DNA from: Pseudomonadota bacterium
Lineage (GTDB): Bacteria; Pseudomonadota; Alphaproteobacteria; Micavibrionales; CSBR16-224
Assembly: GCA_013285465.1 (NCBI GenBank)
Contig: CP053449.1
Coordinates: forward strand, 192,870 to 256,869
Direction: 5' to 3'
DNA length: 64,000 nt
Shown: positions 48,419-57,302 of the stretch, in pieces
Layout: each line of letters opens with the position of its first letter
How positions within the stretch are numbered: position 1 is the stretch's first letter
Notes under the pieces: generated by a model
What the model saw: only the letters and a program-made list of their open reading frames with translations
Told to the model about the DNA's origin: nothing
Database searches by the model: none
Position numbers and translations under genes: made by a program

Positions 48419-48444
48419 TTTTTTCTTGGCGAGGAGTGAAAGCC

Positions 48445-48867
48445 ATGACAGCAGACAGCCAATGGGCGGTGCAATCCGCTCTTTATGATAGTCTCTGCGG
48501 CGATAGCCAATTGATATCTCTTCTGAAAAACGGTGCGGAAAGTATTTTTGACGCCGTTCCGGATGATGCCGCACTGCCGTGCCTTGTGATGGCGGGAATG
48601 CGGACGGAGGCGTTTGAAACGCAAGCGGGCGGCGGAATGAAAATTCTGTTGTCTCTGGAGAGTTACAGCCGCTACCGCGGAATGCGTGAGTTAAAAATGA
48701 TTATGCAGGCTGTTTACGACCATCTGCACGGAAAGGATGACCTGCTTGTGGCCGGGCATCATGTTATTGACTGCCGCTTTTTGTCATCCAGAACACTGAT
48801 GGATGAAGACGGTTTGACGCGCCGCGCTGTGCAGAATTTTGAAATCCTGACGGAACCCGCTCTTTAG
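48445..48867 (+). CDS. DUF3168-type tail completion/terminator protein (g8-like)
   Basis: AVQSALYDSLCGDSQLISLL...IFDAVPDDAALPCLVMAG. ATG 48445 has GAGGAG 8 nt upstream; the track start 48436 is a GTG. Confidence 0.7.
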   Translation: MTADSQWAVQSALYDSLCGDSQLISLLKNGAESIFDAVPDDAALPCLVMAGMRTEAFETQAGGGMKILLSLESYSRYRGMRELKMIMQAVYDHLHGKDDLLVAGHHVIDCRFLSSRTLMDEDGLTRRAVQNFEILTEPAL

Positions 48868-48899
48868 AATTTTAACAACAGAAACAAGGAGACACGAAA

Positions 48900-49313
48900 A
48901 TGCCCAGTCAGAAAGGACGCGATTTTTTGCTGAAAGCCGGTGACGGCGGCAGTCCGGAAACATTTACGACAATCGGTGCCGCACGCAGCAATGCGCTGGT
49001 GGTGAATAATAACCCTGTCGATGATACGGCGATGGATAGCGGCGGCGTACAAAGCATGATTGCCGATGCCGGGGTGCAGACATTGCAGATTACCATTGAC
49101 GGATTATTTAAAAACGATGCGGCGGAAGAGCTGTTGCGCAGTGCGGCGATGGATAGGGTTGCCGCAAATTTCCAGCTTGCTTTCCCGAATGGTGACAGTT
49201 ATCAGGCCGCTTTTGTCGTGCAGGACTATAATCGCAGCGGCAGTTATGACGGGCTTGAAACATTCGCAGCGACATTGATCCGTACCGGATCCGGTGTTTT
49301 GACACCGGCTTAA
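48900..49313 (+). CDS. major tail (tube) protein, TP901-1/g9-like
   Basis: 137 aa. GRDFLLKAGDGGSPETFTTIGAARSNALVVNNNPVD...LQITIDGLF. Confidence 0.8.
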   Translation: MPSQKGRDFLLKAGDGGSPETFTTIGAARSNALVVNNNPVDDTAMDSGGVQSMIADAGVQTLQITIDGLFKNDAAEELLRSAAMDRVAANFQLAFPNGDSYQAAFVVQDYNRSGSYDGLETFAATLIRTGSGVLTPA

Positions 49314-49338
49314 GCGGCAGCAGGAAAAGGATAAAAAT

Positions 49339-49692
49339 ATGACAGCCCAATGGCCATCGGCATTGCCGGAGAGTCCGCTGACGGAGGCTTATGCAGAAGC
49401 CTTGCCGGATAATATTATACGCAGCAGTACGGATCAGGGTCCGGCAAAACTGCGCCGCAGAACAACGGCTGGTGTTCGTCATCTGCAACTTGCCTATATT
49501 TTGTCGGCGGCACAGACGGAACTGCTGGACGGATTTTATCTGGAGGATTTGCAAAGCGGCAGTCTGCCTTTCCTGCAATCCCATCCCCGTACCGGAGAGG
49601 AAAAGAGCATGCGTTTTAAATCGCCGCCTGATTATACGTCTTTGAATGGCGGCTATTTTCGCGTGACGCTTGAACTGGAGATACTGCCATGA
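49339..49692 (+). CDS. minor tail protein in the lambda gpM / distal-tail position
   Basis: 117 aa, WPSALPESPLTEAYAEALPDNIIRSSTDQGPAKLRRRTTAG. Assigned mainly from its position between the tube gene and the DUF1833 gene. Confidence 0.4.
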   Translation: MTAQWPSALPESPLTEAYAEALPDNIIRSSTDQGPAKLRRRTTAGVRHLQLAYILSAAQTELLDGFYLEDLQSGSLPFLQSHPRTGEEKSMRFKSPPDYTSLNGGYFRVTLELEILP

Positions 49693-50162
49693 GCCGTCCC
49701 TTGACACTGGCTGCGTTAAAAGCCGTGAATGCGCAGGAAACTGACGAGGTTTTTCTGGTTCTGCTGACGCTTGCCCATGAAAGCCTGATCCAGCCGCTGC
49801 GTGTGACAAGTGATGCGGTGAATACGGTAAGCCGGGGAGAGGTTTTTACCGCCTATCCTTTTGATTTGTCCCTGCCTGAAGACAGCGAGGCTTTGACGGC
49901 AACGGCGCATCTATCCATTGATAATGTGGACAGGGTGATCGTTGCAGCATTGCGCGGATTGCAGGATAGCCCGTCTGTGACGGTGGAAATTGTGCGGGCG
50001 TCTGCCCCTGATATTGTGGAGGCGGTTTTTCCTGATTTCCGCCTGTCGGAAATACAATATGATGCCGCCACGGTGACCGGCGTGCTGACAATTGAAGACT
50101 TTACGGCCGAACCTTATCCTGCCGCCGTCTTCACACCGGCGGGATTTCCCGGTCTTTTTTAG
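49689..50162 (+). CDS. DUF1833-type minor tail protein (gpL position)
   Basis: AVNAQETDEVFLVLLTLAHESLIQPLRVTSDAVNTVSRGEVFTAYPFDLSLPEDSE...IDNVDRVIV. ATGA overlap with the upstream ORF. Confidence 0.6.
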   Translation: MSRPLTLAALKAVNAQETDEVFLVLLTLAHESLIQPLRVTSDAVNTVSRGEVFTAYPFDLSLPEDSEALTATAHLSIDNVDRVIVAALRGLQDSPSVTVEIVRASAPDIVEAVFPDFRLSEIQYDAATVTGVLTIEDFTAEPYPAAVFTPAGFPGLF

Positions 50163-50254
50163 TGTAAATGAGCATTTTCGTGATTTTTCGAATCAGTTGC
50201 CGCCATTGTTGATTGCACTTAAATTGTTGAAAATAAATAATAAGTAATTTTTTG

Positions 50255-50292
50255 TTTTGCAAAACGCGCCGTTTTATGTACAATGGTATAAT
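50255..50292 (+). promoter_or_regulatory. strong sigma70-like promoter with palindromes, driving the small inserted gene
   Basis: TTGCAA (50257-62), 16 nt, TACAAT (50279-84), followed by TATAAT (50287-92). The 10-bp palindrome TTTTGCAAAA spans the -35, and the inverted repeat AAAACG-CGC-CGTTTT (50261-75) fills the spacer. Confidence 0.6.
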
Positions 50293-50351
50293 CAATTCGG
50301 ATAAGGAACAGTGGGTGAAACAATAAAAAAAGAAAAGAAGGAGCGGCGGAT

Positions 50352-50609
50352 ATGACAGATCAAGATAACACAGTACAGTCGGCATTCGGAACAGTTACCA
50401 GCACAACTGCAGCGGTTATGACAGCGCTGGATAATGTGGTTTCAGGCAATGAGGATGCTGTTAGTGCTATTCGCTCGACAGTACAAGCGAGTAGCAGTAA
50501 CAGTAATAGTAACAGCGCCAAAGCCGCAAAGGGGAACAGCAATAAATCCTCGACGACAAAATCACGCCCTTCGACGGCGATGTCGGGCAAAGGTGGTGGC
50601 GGACGCTAG
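50352..50609 (+). CDS. small S/N/T/K-rich protein (85 aa), autonomous gene inside the tail-tip module
   Basis: AAGGAG lies 7 nt upstream. Sequence MTDQDNTVQSAFGTVTSTTAAVMTALDNVVSGNEDAVSAIRSTVQASSSNSNSNSAKAAKGNSNKSSTTKSRPSTAMSGKGGGGR. It has its own promoter and terminator. Confidence 0.55.
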   Translation: MTDQDNTVQSAFGTVTSTTAAVMTALDNVVSGNEDAVSAIRSTVQASSSNSNSNSAKAAKGNSNKSSTTKSRPSTAMSGKGGGGR

Positions 50610-50650
50610 TTTTCTAGAGTTTTAAAACTCCTTCTAAGACAGAAATATAT

Positions 50651-50686
50651 GCACCCATATCTGAAACGGTATGGGTGCTTTTTTTT
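50651..50686 (+). terminator. rho-independent terminator of the small inserted gene
   Basis: Stem GCACCCATA / TATGGGTGC, 10-nt loop, then T8. Confidence 0.8.
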
Positions 50687-50731
50687 GTCCTGCAACAGCA
50701 TTATCAAATAACAGCAAAAGAGGTTTAGACA

Positions 50732-51148
50732 ATGCCGATCCCTTACTGGGCCGGTCATTATATCGGCTTGCCGTTCCGTGAGCACGGACGGAGCATTGCC
50801 GGAACGGATTGCTGGGGGTTGGTACGTCTTGTTTTGCAGGAACAGTTTGCGGCGGTTCTGCCGTCTTATGCCGCGGATTATCAGACAACCGGGAACGCAA
50901 CAGAGCTGGGGAAACTGATCGGGCAGGAAGCGGAGAAATGGATCGCCATATCTGCGGGACAAGAAAAATTGGGAGATGTCATTGTTTTAAGAATGCGGGG
51001 GGCACCGATGCATGTCGGGCTTGTTTTGGGAGACGGGCGAATGCTGCATATTGAAAAACATATCAACAGCGCCATCGAAGATTACCGCAGCAGGCGCTGG
51101 CGTGAACGGGTGACGGGGTTTTACCGTCATCCGCAGCTTGAAAAATAG
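50732..51148 (+). CDS. NlpC/P60-family tail peptidase (lambda gpK / g14-like)
   Basis: Catalytic Cys context GTDCWGLVRLV and His context GAPMHVGLVLGDGRMLH; 138 aa. Confidence 0.85.
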   Translation: MPIPYWAGHYIGLPFREHGRSIAGTDCWGLVRLVLQEQFAAVLPSYAADYQTTGNATELGKLIGQEAEKWIAISAGQEKLGDVIVLRMRGAPMHVGLVLGDGRMLHIEKHINSAIEDYRSRRWRERVTGFYRHPQLEK

Positions 51149-51157
51149 GAAGAATTC

Positions 51158-54100
51158 ATGATTTCTGATAAAAACAACAAACCCGCAGCGGCGGTGCGGG
51201 TTTCCGCACGTCCGCATCCTTTTGCGGCGCAGAATAATCTATATTTTTTGCCTGCGGGTACGACGCTGGAGGAGATGGCGCAGAAAATACAGCCGGATCC
51301 GTTGCTGCGCAGATATTTGCGGGGTTTCATTAACGATGCGATGATTCCGCAACGGAAATGGCGTTTCATACGTCCGAAAGCGGGGACGGATGTACGGTTT
51401 TGTTCTGTCCCGATGGGCGGCGGTGGCGGAAAGAATCCGCTGCGTACGGTTTTGAGCCTGGCTATTCTGGCATCAACCTCCTTTTTGGGGACGGCGTTTG
51501 CAGCCGGTGCTTTGGGACAGGCATCGCTGTTTGGAATCAGCGGTGGCAGACTGATCAGCGGTGCACTCAGCTTTGCGGGACGGTTGGCTTTGAATGCGCT
51601 GGCTCCGCCCCCGCGTCAGCGTTTGTCCTCATCTGCCAAGGCAAGTCCGACGCTGTTTATTCAGGGTGCGCAAAACCGTCTTGATCCCTTCGGGAAAGTG
51701 CCGCAAGTTCTGGGCAGGCACCGCATGGTTCCGCCAATGGGAGCAAAGCCCTTTACCGAAACTTTCGGGGATGACCAGTATTTACGGATGTTGTTTGTCT
51801 GGGGATACGGTCCGCTGGATATTGCCGATTTAAAAATCGGGGAAACACCGCTGTCGGAGTTTAAGGATGTTGAGATTGTGCACCGTTACGGTTTTCCCGA
51901 AGATGCGCCGCTGACGCTTTATAGCGGCAGCGTTATTCAGAATGACTTGCAGATTGCCTTGCGGGAAAGTGAAGGTTATCACATCCGGACAACGGCAACG
52001 GATGCGGAGGAGATTTCCGTTGATGTAACCTTTCCGCGCGGTTTGATGGTGCTGGCGGATGGCGGTGTACGCCAGTCGCGCAATGTGGTGCTGGAAGTAC
52101 AATATGCACCTGCCGGCACAGAGGCGTGGAGTGCGGGGGAAGAGGAATTCGCGCTGCTGGATGTTACGGGCAACCAGAATAATGCGCTTAGAAAATCCGT
52201 CCGCTTTATTGTGCCGAAAGGCCAATATGATGTGCGTATACGCCGTATCACGGAAGATTCGGAAGATGATTCCGTATTTGACGAATGTGTCTGGACGGCG
52301 GTCAGAACATTGCGTTATGAAGCACCGATTGCCATGGCAGGACTGGCGGTAACGGCGCTGCGTATCAAAGCGACGGATCAGTTGAGCGGTGTGATTGACC
52401 GTTTTAACGGTGTGGTGCAATCCATTGTGCCTGACTGGGATGGCGAGAACTGGGTGTCGCGCGCGACATCCAATCCTGCGGCATTGTTCCGTCATGTTCT
52501 GCAAGGTGCGGCAAATGCCCGTCCGCTGCCGGAAAACCGCCTTGATCTGGCCAAGCTGGAGAATTGGCATGCGCTTTGTGAAACAGAAGAACGGGAATTT
52601 AACGCCGTTATAGACTATCAGGCATCGGTGCGTGATGTCCTGATTGATGTCGCGGCGGCGGGGCGTGCTGCCCCTTCCGTTATTGACGGGAAATGGGGGG
52701 TGGTTGCGGATATGCCGCAAGCGGTTCCCGTACAGCATTTTACGCCGCGCAACAGTTCCGGTTTCCGGGGAGAAAAGCATTTTGATACGCCGCCGCACGG
52801 CTTGCGTGTGCGTTTTGCCAATCAGGAGAAATATTGGCAGCAGGATGAAATGCTGGTTTATGACGACGGCTATGATGCGGCAACGGCCGTGCGGTTTGAA
52901 ACGCTGGAACTGCCCGGTATTACCGACCCTGCGCAAATTTGGCGCGATGCGCGTTATCATATCGCCACGGCGCGGCTGCGCGGGGAAAGCTACAGCTTTA
53001 CCGTTGATATTGAACATCTGGTCTGTACACGCGGCGACTTGATCCGTCTGACGCATGATGTGCCGTTATTCGGCGTACAGGCGGCACGGGTCAAAGCCGT
53101 CAGTGAAACCGGCGGGCTGGTAACGCATGTCTTGCTGGACGAAGAGATCGAGATGCAGGCGGGGCATACATATTCCGTCAGATTCCGCAGGCAGGACGGT
53201 ACGAGTTTGGTCAAACAGCTGGTGACGGCTGCCGATACGGCAAATAATCTGCAATTTGAAACGCCGTTTGATTTGGCTGATGCGCCATTGGCGGGGGATC
53301 TGGCCATGTTCGGTGAAACCGGACAGGAAAGCGTGGAGCTGATTGTGCAATCCATCCGCCCCGGCCCCGATCTGACGGCGCGTCTGACTTGTCTGGATGC
53401 AGCCCCTGCCGTCCATCTGGCTGATCAGGGGGTGATTCCGGCTTTTGACAGTCACATCACTCTGCCGCAAGGGCTGGAGCGTCCGCCCCGTCCGCATATT
53501 TTATCCGTCCAGTCCGGCGCGGAAGTGCTGGAGGTGCAGGATGGCGGTCTTTTCGCGCCGCAGATTGTTGTGCGTTTTGCGCCGCCTGCGGCAGGGGATG
53601 ATTTGGAATTACGGGTCAAAATCCGTGATGTGAATAACAGTTTCTTTTCTGCGGCGCGGTTTACATTGCTGGACGGGGATGCGGTCTCAATCAAAGATGT
53701 GCGGACGGCCGGTATTTATGATTTGCGCTTTTTATACATTCGAAAGAACGGCTGGTCTTCGCAAGAGACATTACTGCCGAATTACCATGTCATCGGCACA
53801 GGCGGCGCGCCGCAGGATGTGGAAGGTTTTCGTATCAGTGTTCTGGGGGATACGGCCTTTCTGTCATGGGAGGCGGTGCCGGATATTGATCTCAGCCATT
53901 ATATTCTGCGCTTTAGCGCCGCAACGACAGCAGCCTCGTGGCATGAGGGGGTTGATATGCTGCCGCATATTGAGAAAGGTGCGTCTTCGGTGGCGGTTCC
54001 CGCATTGGTCGGCACATATCTTTTGAAGGCGGTGGACATGCAGGGGGAACAGAGCGTATCTGCGGCCGGTATCGTATCGACGGCTGCCGGATTATCCGCT

Positions 54101-54871
54101 TATAACGCGGTTGCGATTCTGACGGAAGACCCCGCATTTACCGGATTTTGTGACAATATGGCGGCAGCCGGAGGTGTTTTAAGTCTGTCCGGGCAGGACA
54201 GTATTGACGATTGGGGCGATATTGATGCGGTCACGCGTTTTGATATCGGGCTGAACGGTCTGGCACCGGAAGGCAGTTATACATTTGCATCCCCCTTTGA
54301 TCTGGGAGCTGTCTACAGCTCGACCCTGTCAGCATCGGTTGCGGTTGATGTGCTGGATTTATCCGCTGTGATGGATGAATGGGGTGATGTCGACAGTCGG
54401 CTGGATTGGGATACCGCCAGCGGCGGCGGCGCATGGCAGACCCGTTTACAGTTGCGCACAACCGCTGATGACCCTGCAGATGCGGAGGCTGTCTGGACGG
54501 AATGGGAAGATTTTATGGTCGGCGACTATACGGCGCGCGGCTTTGCTTTCCGTTTATTGGCCCGGACGGAAGACATATTTGTCACGCCTGTCGTGTCAGC
54601 TCTGAGCGTGAAAATCGATATGCCCGACCGGGTGGATGGGCGGGAAAACATTCTGTCGGATTCTGCCGGTTCAAGCGTTGTATTCAACCGTTCTTTCCGT
54701 GCCATACCTGCGATTGCCGTATCGGCACAGGATATGGAGACCGGCGATTACTACAGCATTACGGAGACCACGGAAAGCGGTTTTGATATCCGGTTCTTTA
54801 ATGCGGCAGGCGCGGGAATTATGCGCCGTTTTGATTATGTGGCCAAAGGATACGGCATTCGCCAGCCTTAA
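51158..54871 (+). CDS. host specificity / central tail fibre protein (lambda gpJ / g15-like) with a gpI-like N-terminal segment
   Basis: 1237 aa. The first ~190 aa resemble tail assembly protein I (PMGGGGGKNPLRTVLSLAILAS..., then NRLDPFGKVPQVLGRHRMVPP). The rest is J-like (YLRMLFVWGYGPLDIADLKIGETPL, large beta-rich C-terminal part). Confidence 0.8.
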   Translation: MISDKNNKPAAAVRVSARPHPFAAQNNLYFLPAGTTLEEMAQKIQPDPLLRRYLRGFINDAMIPQRKWRFIRPKAGTDVRFCSVPMGGGGGKNPLRTVLSLAILASTSFLGTAFAAGALGQASLFGISGGRLISGALSFAGRLALNALAPPPRQRLSSSAKASPTLFIQGAQNRLDPFGKVPQVLGRHRMVPPMGAKPFTETFGDDQYLRMLFVWGYGPLDIADLKIGETPLSEFKDVEIVHRYGFPEDAPLTLYSGSVIQNDLQIALRESEGYHIRTTATDAEEISVDVTFPRGLMVLADGGVRQSRNVVLEVQYAPAGTEAWSAGEEEFALLDVTGNQNNALRKSVRFIVPKGQYDVRIRRITEDSEDDSVFDECVWTAVRTLRYEAPIAMAGLAVTALRIKATDQLSGVIDRFNGVVQSIVPDWDGENWVSRATSNPAALFRHVLQGAANARPLPENRLDLAKLENWHALCETEEREFNAVIDYQASVRDVLIDVAAAGRAAPSVIDGKWGVVADMPQAVPVQHFTPRNSSGFRGEKHFDTPPHGLRVRFANQEKYWQQDEMLVYDDGYDAATAVRFETLELPGITDPAQIWRDARYHIATARLRGESYSFTVDIEHLVCTRGDLIRLTHDVPLFGVQAARVKAVSETGGLVTHVLLDEEIEMQAGHTYSVRFRRQDGTSLVKQLVTAADTANNLQFETPFDLADAPLAGDLAMFGETGQESVELIVQSIRPGPDLTARLTCLDAAPAVHLADQGVIPAFDSHITLPQGLERPPRPHILSVQSGAEVLEVQDGGLFAPQIVVRFAPPAAGDDLELRVKIRDVNNSFFSAARFTLLDGDAVSIKDVRTAGIYDLRFLYIRKNGWSSQETLLPNYHVIGTGGAPQDVEGFRISVLGDTAFLSWEAVPDIDLSHYILRFSAATTAASWHEGVDMLPHIEKGASSVAVPALVGTYLLKAVDMQGEQSVSAAGIVSTAAGLSAYNAVAILTEDPAFTGFCDNMAAAGGVLSLSGQDSIDDWGDIDAVTRFDIGLNGLAPEGSYTFASPFDLGAVYSSTLSASVAVDVLDLSAVMDEWGDVDSRLDWDTASGGGAWQTRLQLRTTADDPADAEAVWTEWEDFMVGDYTARGFAFRLLARTEDIFVTPVVSALSVKIDMPDRVDGRENILSDSAGSSVVFNRSFRAIPAIAVSAQDMETGDYYSITETTESGFDIRFFNAAGAGIMRRFDYVAKGYGIRQP

Positions 54872-54901
54872 CCGTTCTTTTTTAACAAGGAGATTATCAC
54901 G

Positions 54902-56032
54902 ATGACACAATCCAATCCTATTATCGGCGCAGATAAAAGCGGTCTGCAATACCGTAATGAAGATAATGACGGCAAACGTGCGCTTTTAAATCATCATAAG
55001 GGTGCAACCGCCCCCTCTTATGCCGAAGCGGGGGCGTTATGGCTGGATGATAATGCAACGCCCTGGCTGCTCAAATGGTATGACGGCACAAGCTGGATTA
55101 CGCAGGGCAGTCTTGATGCGGGTAGCGGTTTGTTCACGCCCTATGTGAACGGTGCGGCACTGGGGGATGCAGGGGAAAGTTCCAAAGGTCTGGTTTTGCG
55201 TGCAAGCGATGCGGAGGCGGCAGCCGGAGAGGATACGCAGAAATTTATTACACCTGCGCAACTGGCGGCTTACGGCGGCGGCGATTTTTTAACCAGCGTC
55301 AGTCAGGGGGATGTGAACACGTCGACGGGAGAAATCTCGGGGATGGTGAGTACGACCGGCGCGATTATCGGAACATTGCCGGGCGGGGAATACGGTTTCA
55401 GCTATACGCTTTTGGGGGTTACGGGTGCGTCATTTAATACCTATGTCACAACGGACAGCAATAGTTATGCCGCCAAAATTTTTGCGCATAAAACAGCAGG
55501 CGGCGGAACGAGTCTTATTACGGTCAAGCAGCGCTATATTACGGCGTCGCCGCCTTTTGATATGGGGGACGGTACGGCCTATGGCTTCCTTTATTTAAAA
55601 CTGGATGCGGCGGGAAATATTATCGGCCATTATCTCGCCGATGTGCCGCCCTGGGGTTATAACGGCCCGACATCCGTGCGTGCCGATAAAATCGACCGTA
55701 TCACAGGCAAGAAATACCGCAAGGTTCTGACGCCGCAAACTATGGAAGCTTATATGGACGGCGCGCCGCTGGAATACATTTACGAGGAAATCACACAAGA
55801 GATTAAAAACGCCGATATGGATCTGATACCGCAGCCTTTTGCTTTGGCGGAAGGCGAGACGGCGGTGCTGGTTGATCCGCTGGATCAGCGTATCGAAAAA
55901 CTGATCGAATTACAGAATACGGGCGGAGATGTTGCCGCTCTGATTAGCGGCGGTTTTGTCCGCCCTGATAACGAGGCGCTGTCTCGTAGCGGCCCTGCAG
56001 GCATTATGCAGGTTGCCTGGAAGAACGACTGA
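54902..56032 (+). CDS. tail fibre protein
   Basis: GATAPSYAEAGALWLDDNATPWLLKWYDGTSWI and SSKGLVLRASDAEAAAGEDTQKFITPAQLA are motifs common at phage fibre N-termini. Confidence 0.6.
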   Translation: MTQSNPIIGADKSGLQYRNEDNDGKRALLNHHKGATAPSYAEAGALWLDDNATPWLLKWYDGTSWITQGSLDAGSGLFTPYVNGAALGDAGESSKGLVLRASDAEAAAGEDTQKFITPAQLAAYGGGDFLTSVSQGDVNTSTGEISGMVSTTGAIIGTLPGGEYGFSYTLLGVTGASFNTYVTTDSNSYAAKIFAHKTAGGGTSLITVKQRYITASPPFDMGDGTAYGFLYLKLDAAGNIIGHYLADVPPWGYNGPTSVRADKIDRITGKKYRKVLTPQTMEAYMDGAPLEYIYEEITQEIKNADMDLIPQPFALAEGETAVLVDPLDQRIEKLIELQNTGGDVAALISGGFVRPDNEALSRSGPAGIMQVAWKND

Positions 56033-56051
56033 GTCCTGAAAGGATCAAAAA

Positions 56052-56321
56052 ATGGAAAATCACACATCATCGCTGCTGCCGGCGGTTTTTGCGGCGCTGT
56101 TTGCCGGAATGGGAACATTACTGGCCTCCGAAGAAAAACTGACATGGCGGATTGTTGTCGGGCGGGCATTGAGTTCAGCGGCGCTGGGGGCTGCGGCGGG
56201 AGCGATTTTTCTGTGGTTTCCCAATGCGCCGACGGCGGCGCTGGTCGGGGTTGCGGCATCGCTGGCCAGCCTTGGTACCAGCGGGCTTGAGAAATTACTG
56301 CAACTGGTTGCAAAGAAATAA
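56052..56321 (+). CDS. holin-like membrane protein
   Basis: 89 aa with 2-3 TM helices and a charged C-terminus (LLQLVAKK). First gene of the lysis block. Confidence 0.55.
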   Translation: MENHTSSLLPAVFAALFAGMGTLLASEEKLTWRIVVGRALSSAALGAAAGAIFLWFPNAPTAALVGVAASLASLGTSGLEKLLQLVAKK

Positions 56322-56341
56322 CCGAAAAGGAGTGACAGACA

Positions 56342-56887
56342 ATGAATGATATTCTGATGCCGCGCGGCATTCGCAATAATAATCCCGGCAATATCCGTAA
56401 AAGCAGTGCGCATTGGCAAGGAATGCGTGATGAGATGTTCGATTCCGCTTTTGTGGAATTTACCGACCCCGTTTTCGGCCTGCGCGCGATGATGAAGATT
56501 TTCCTGACCTATTACCACAAATACGGTCTGGATACGGTTCAGAGCATTATCAACCGCTGGGCGCCACCGTCGGAAAATGCGACTGACCATTATGCGGCGC
56601 ATGTTGCGCGGAAGCTGGGTGTAAAACGCTATGATCTGCTGGATGTTCCGGCATTACTGGTGCCTTTGGCGCAGGCTGTGGTGCTGCATGAAAACGGTGC
56701 GCCGCCCCGTGCATTGGAAAAACCGCATTATTGGTATGCGGATGAAATCTATCAGCAGGCGCGGGACATGGCGCTGGGGATCAGGGAAAGCGAGAGCGGC
56801 GGTAAACAGGGCGGTTTCGCGCCGCAGGAGGGGTTGTTCCCCGTTTATGAAACCAAAATGCATGACGGATATGGCAGTTTTTTGTAA
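56342..56887 (+). CDS. putative muralytic enzyme / endolysin (RGIRNNNPGNIR-motif family)
   Basis: MPRGIRNNNPGNIRKSSAHWQGM...FVEFTDPVFGLRA...INRWAPPSENAT. From memory this family is annotated as structural protein P5-like in prophages. The position between holin and spanins supports a lysis role. Confidence 0.5.
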   Translation: MNDILMPRGIRNNNPGNIRKSSAHWQGMRDEMFDSAFVEFTDPVFGLRAMMKIFLTYYHKYGLDTVQSIINRWAPPSENATDHYAAHVARKLGVKRYDLLDVPALLVPLAQAVVLHENGAPPRALEKPHYWYADEIYQQARDMALGIRESESGGKQGGFAPQEGLFPVYETKMHDGYGSFL

Positions 56888-56898
56888 GGGAGGAAAAT

Positions 56899-57087
56899 AT
56901 GTTGAAAAATATTCTGACATTTATAATTGCGCGAGCAAAGGAACGCTCGACATGGCTGGGGCTGATTTCCTTCGGCGCGGCGCTGGGGGTCGCGTTATCT
57001 CCCGAACAAACGGAGGCTATTATCGCGTCAGGCGTTGCGCTGGCGGGACTTGCGGCGGCGTTCAGCAAAGATGCGCCGAAATCATGA
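56899..57087 (+). CDS. small two-TM protein (second holin/antiholin candidate)
   Basis: 62 aa: ERSTWLGLISFGAALGVAL...IIASGVALAGLAAAF. Confidence 0.45.
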   Translation: MLKNILTFIIARAKERSTWLGLISFGAALGVALSPEQTEAIIASGVALAGLAAAFSKDAPKS

Positions 57088-57302
57088 CATCACTTTTGAT
57101 GGCAGTGCTGGGATTTTGCGCTTTGTCATTTTGCGTGTTTCTGGCCTGCCGCTGGGCGTTTCGCGCAGGGCGGGAAGAAGAAAAAGCCCAAAACGAGCGG
57201 GGGAAAAATGAACATATTGAAAAAGCGTTGCTGCATCGTGACCGTCTGCGCCGCGATGCTGATTATGCCCGCCGCTTGCGCGCCCGCTTCACGCGCAAGT
57301 GA
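57084..57302 (+). CDS. i-spanin (Rz-like)
   Basis: Internal ATG of track ORF 56631..57302. MTSLLMAVLGFCALSFCVFLAC is an N-terminal TM helix, followed by a charged helical REEEKAQNERGKNEHIEKALLHRDRLRRDADYARRLRA. ATGA overlap with the previous gene. Confidence 0.55.
   Translation: MTSLLMAVLGFCALSFCVFLACRWAFRAGREEEKAQNERGKNEHIEKALLHRDRLRRDADYARRLRARFTRK

Noticed and set aside
50490-50530. AGC/AAC/AGT tandem triplets as a possible microsatellite or array
   Set aside because: The stretch is only about six imperfect triplets encoding SSSNSNSNS inside the small ORF. It is coding low complexity, not a CRISPR or VNTR-like array.
51830-53056. 408-aa minus-strand ORF inside the host-specificity gene
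   Set aside because: It is antisense to the 1237-aa gpJ-like ORF and has low-complexity R/I/F-rich content. It has no RBS or promoter context.
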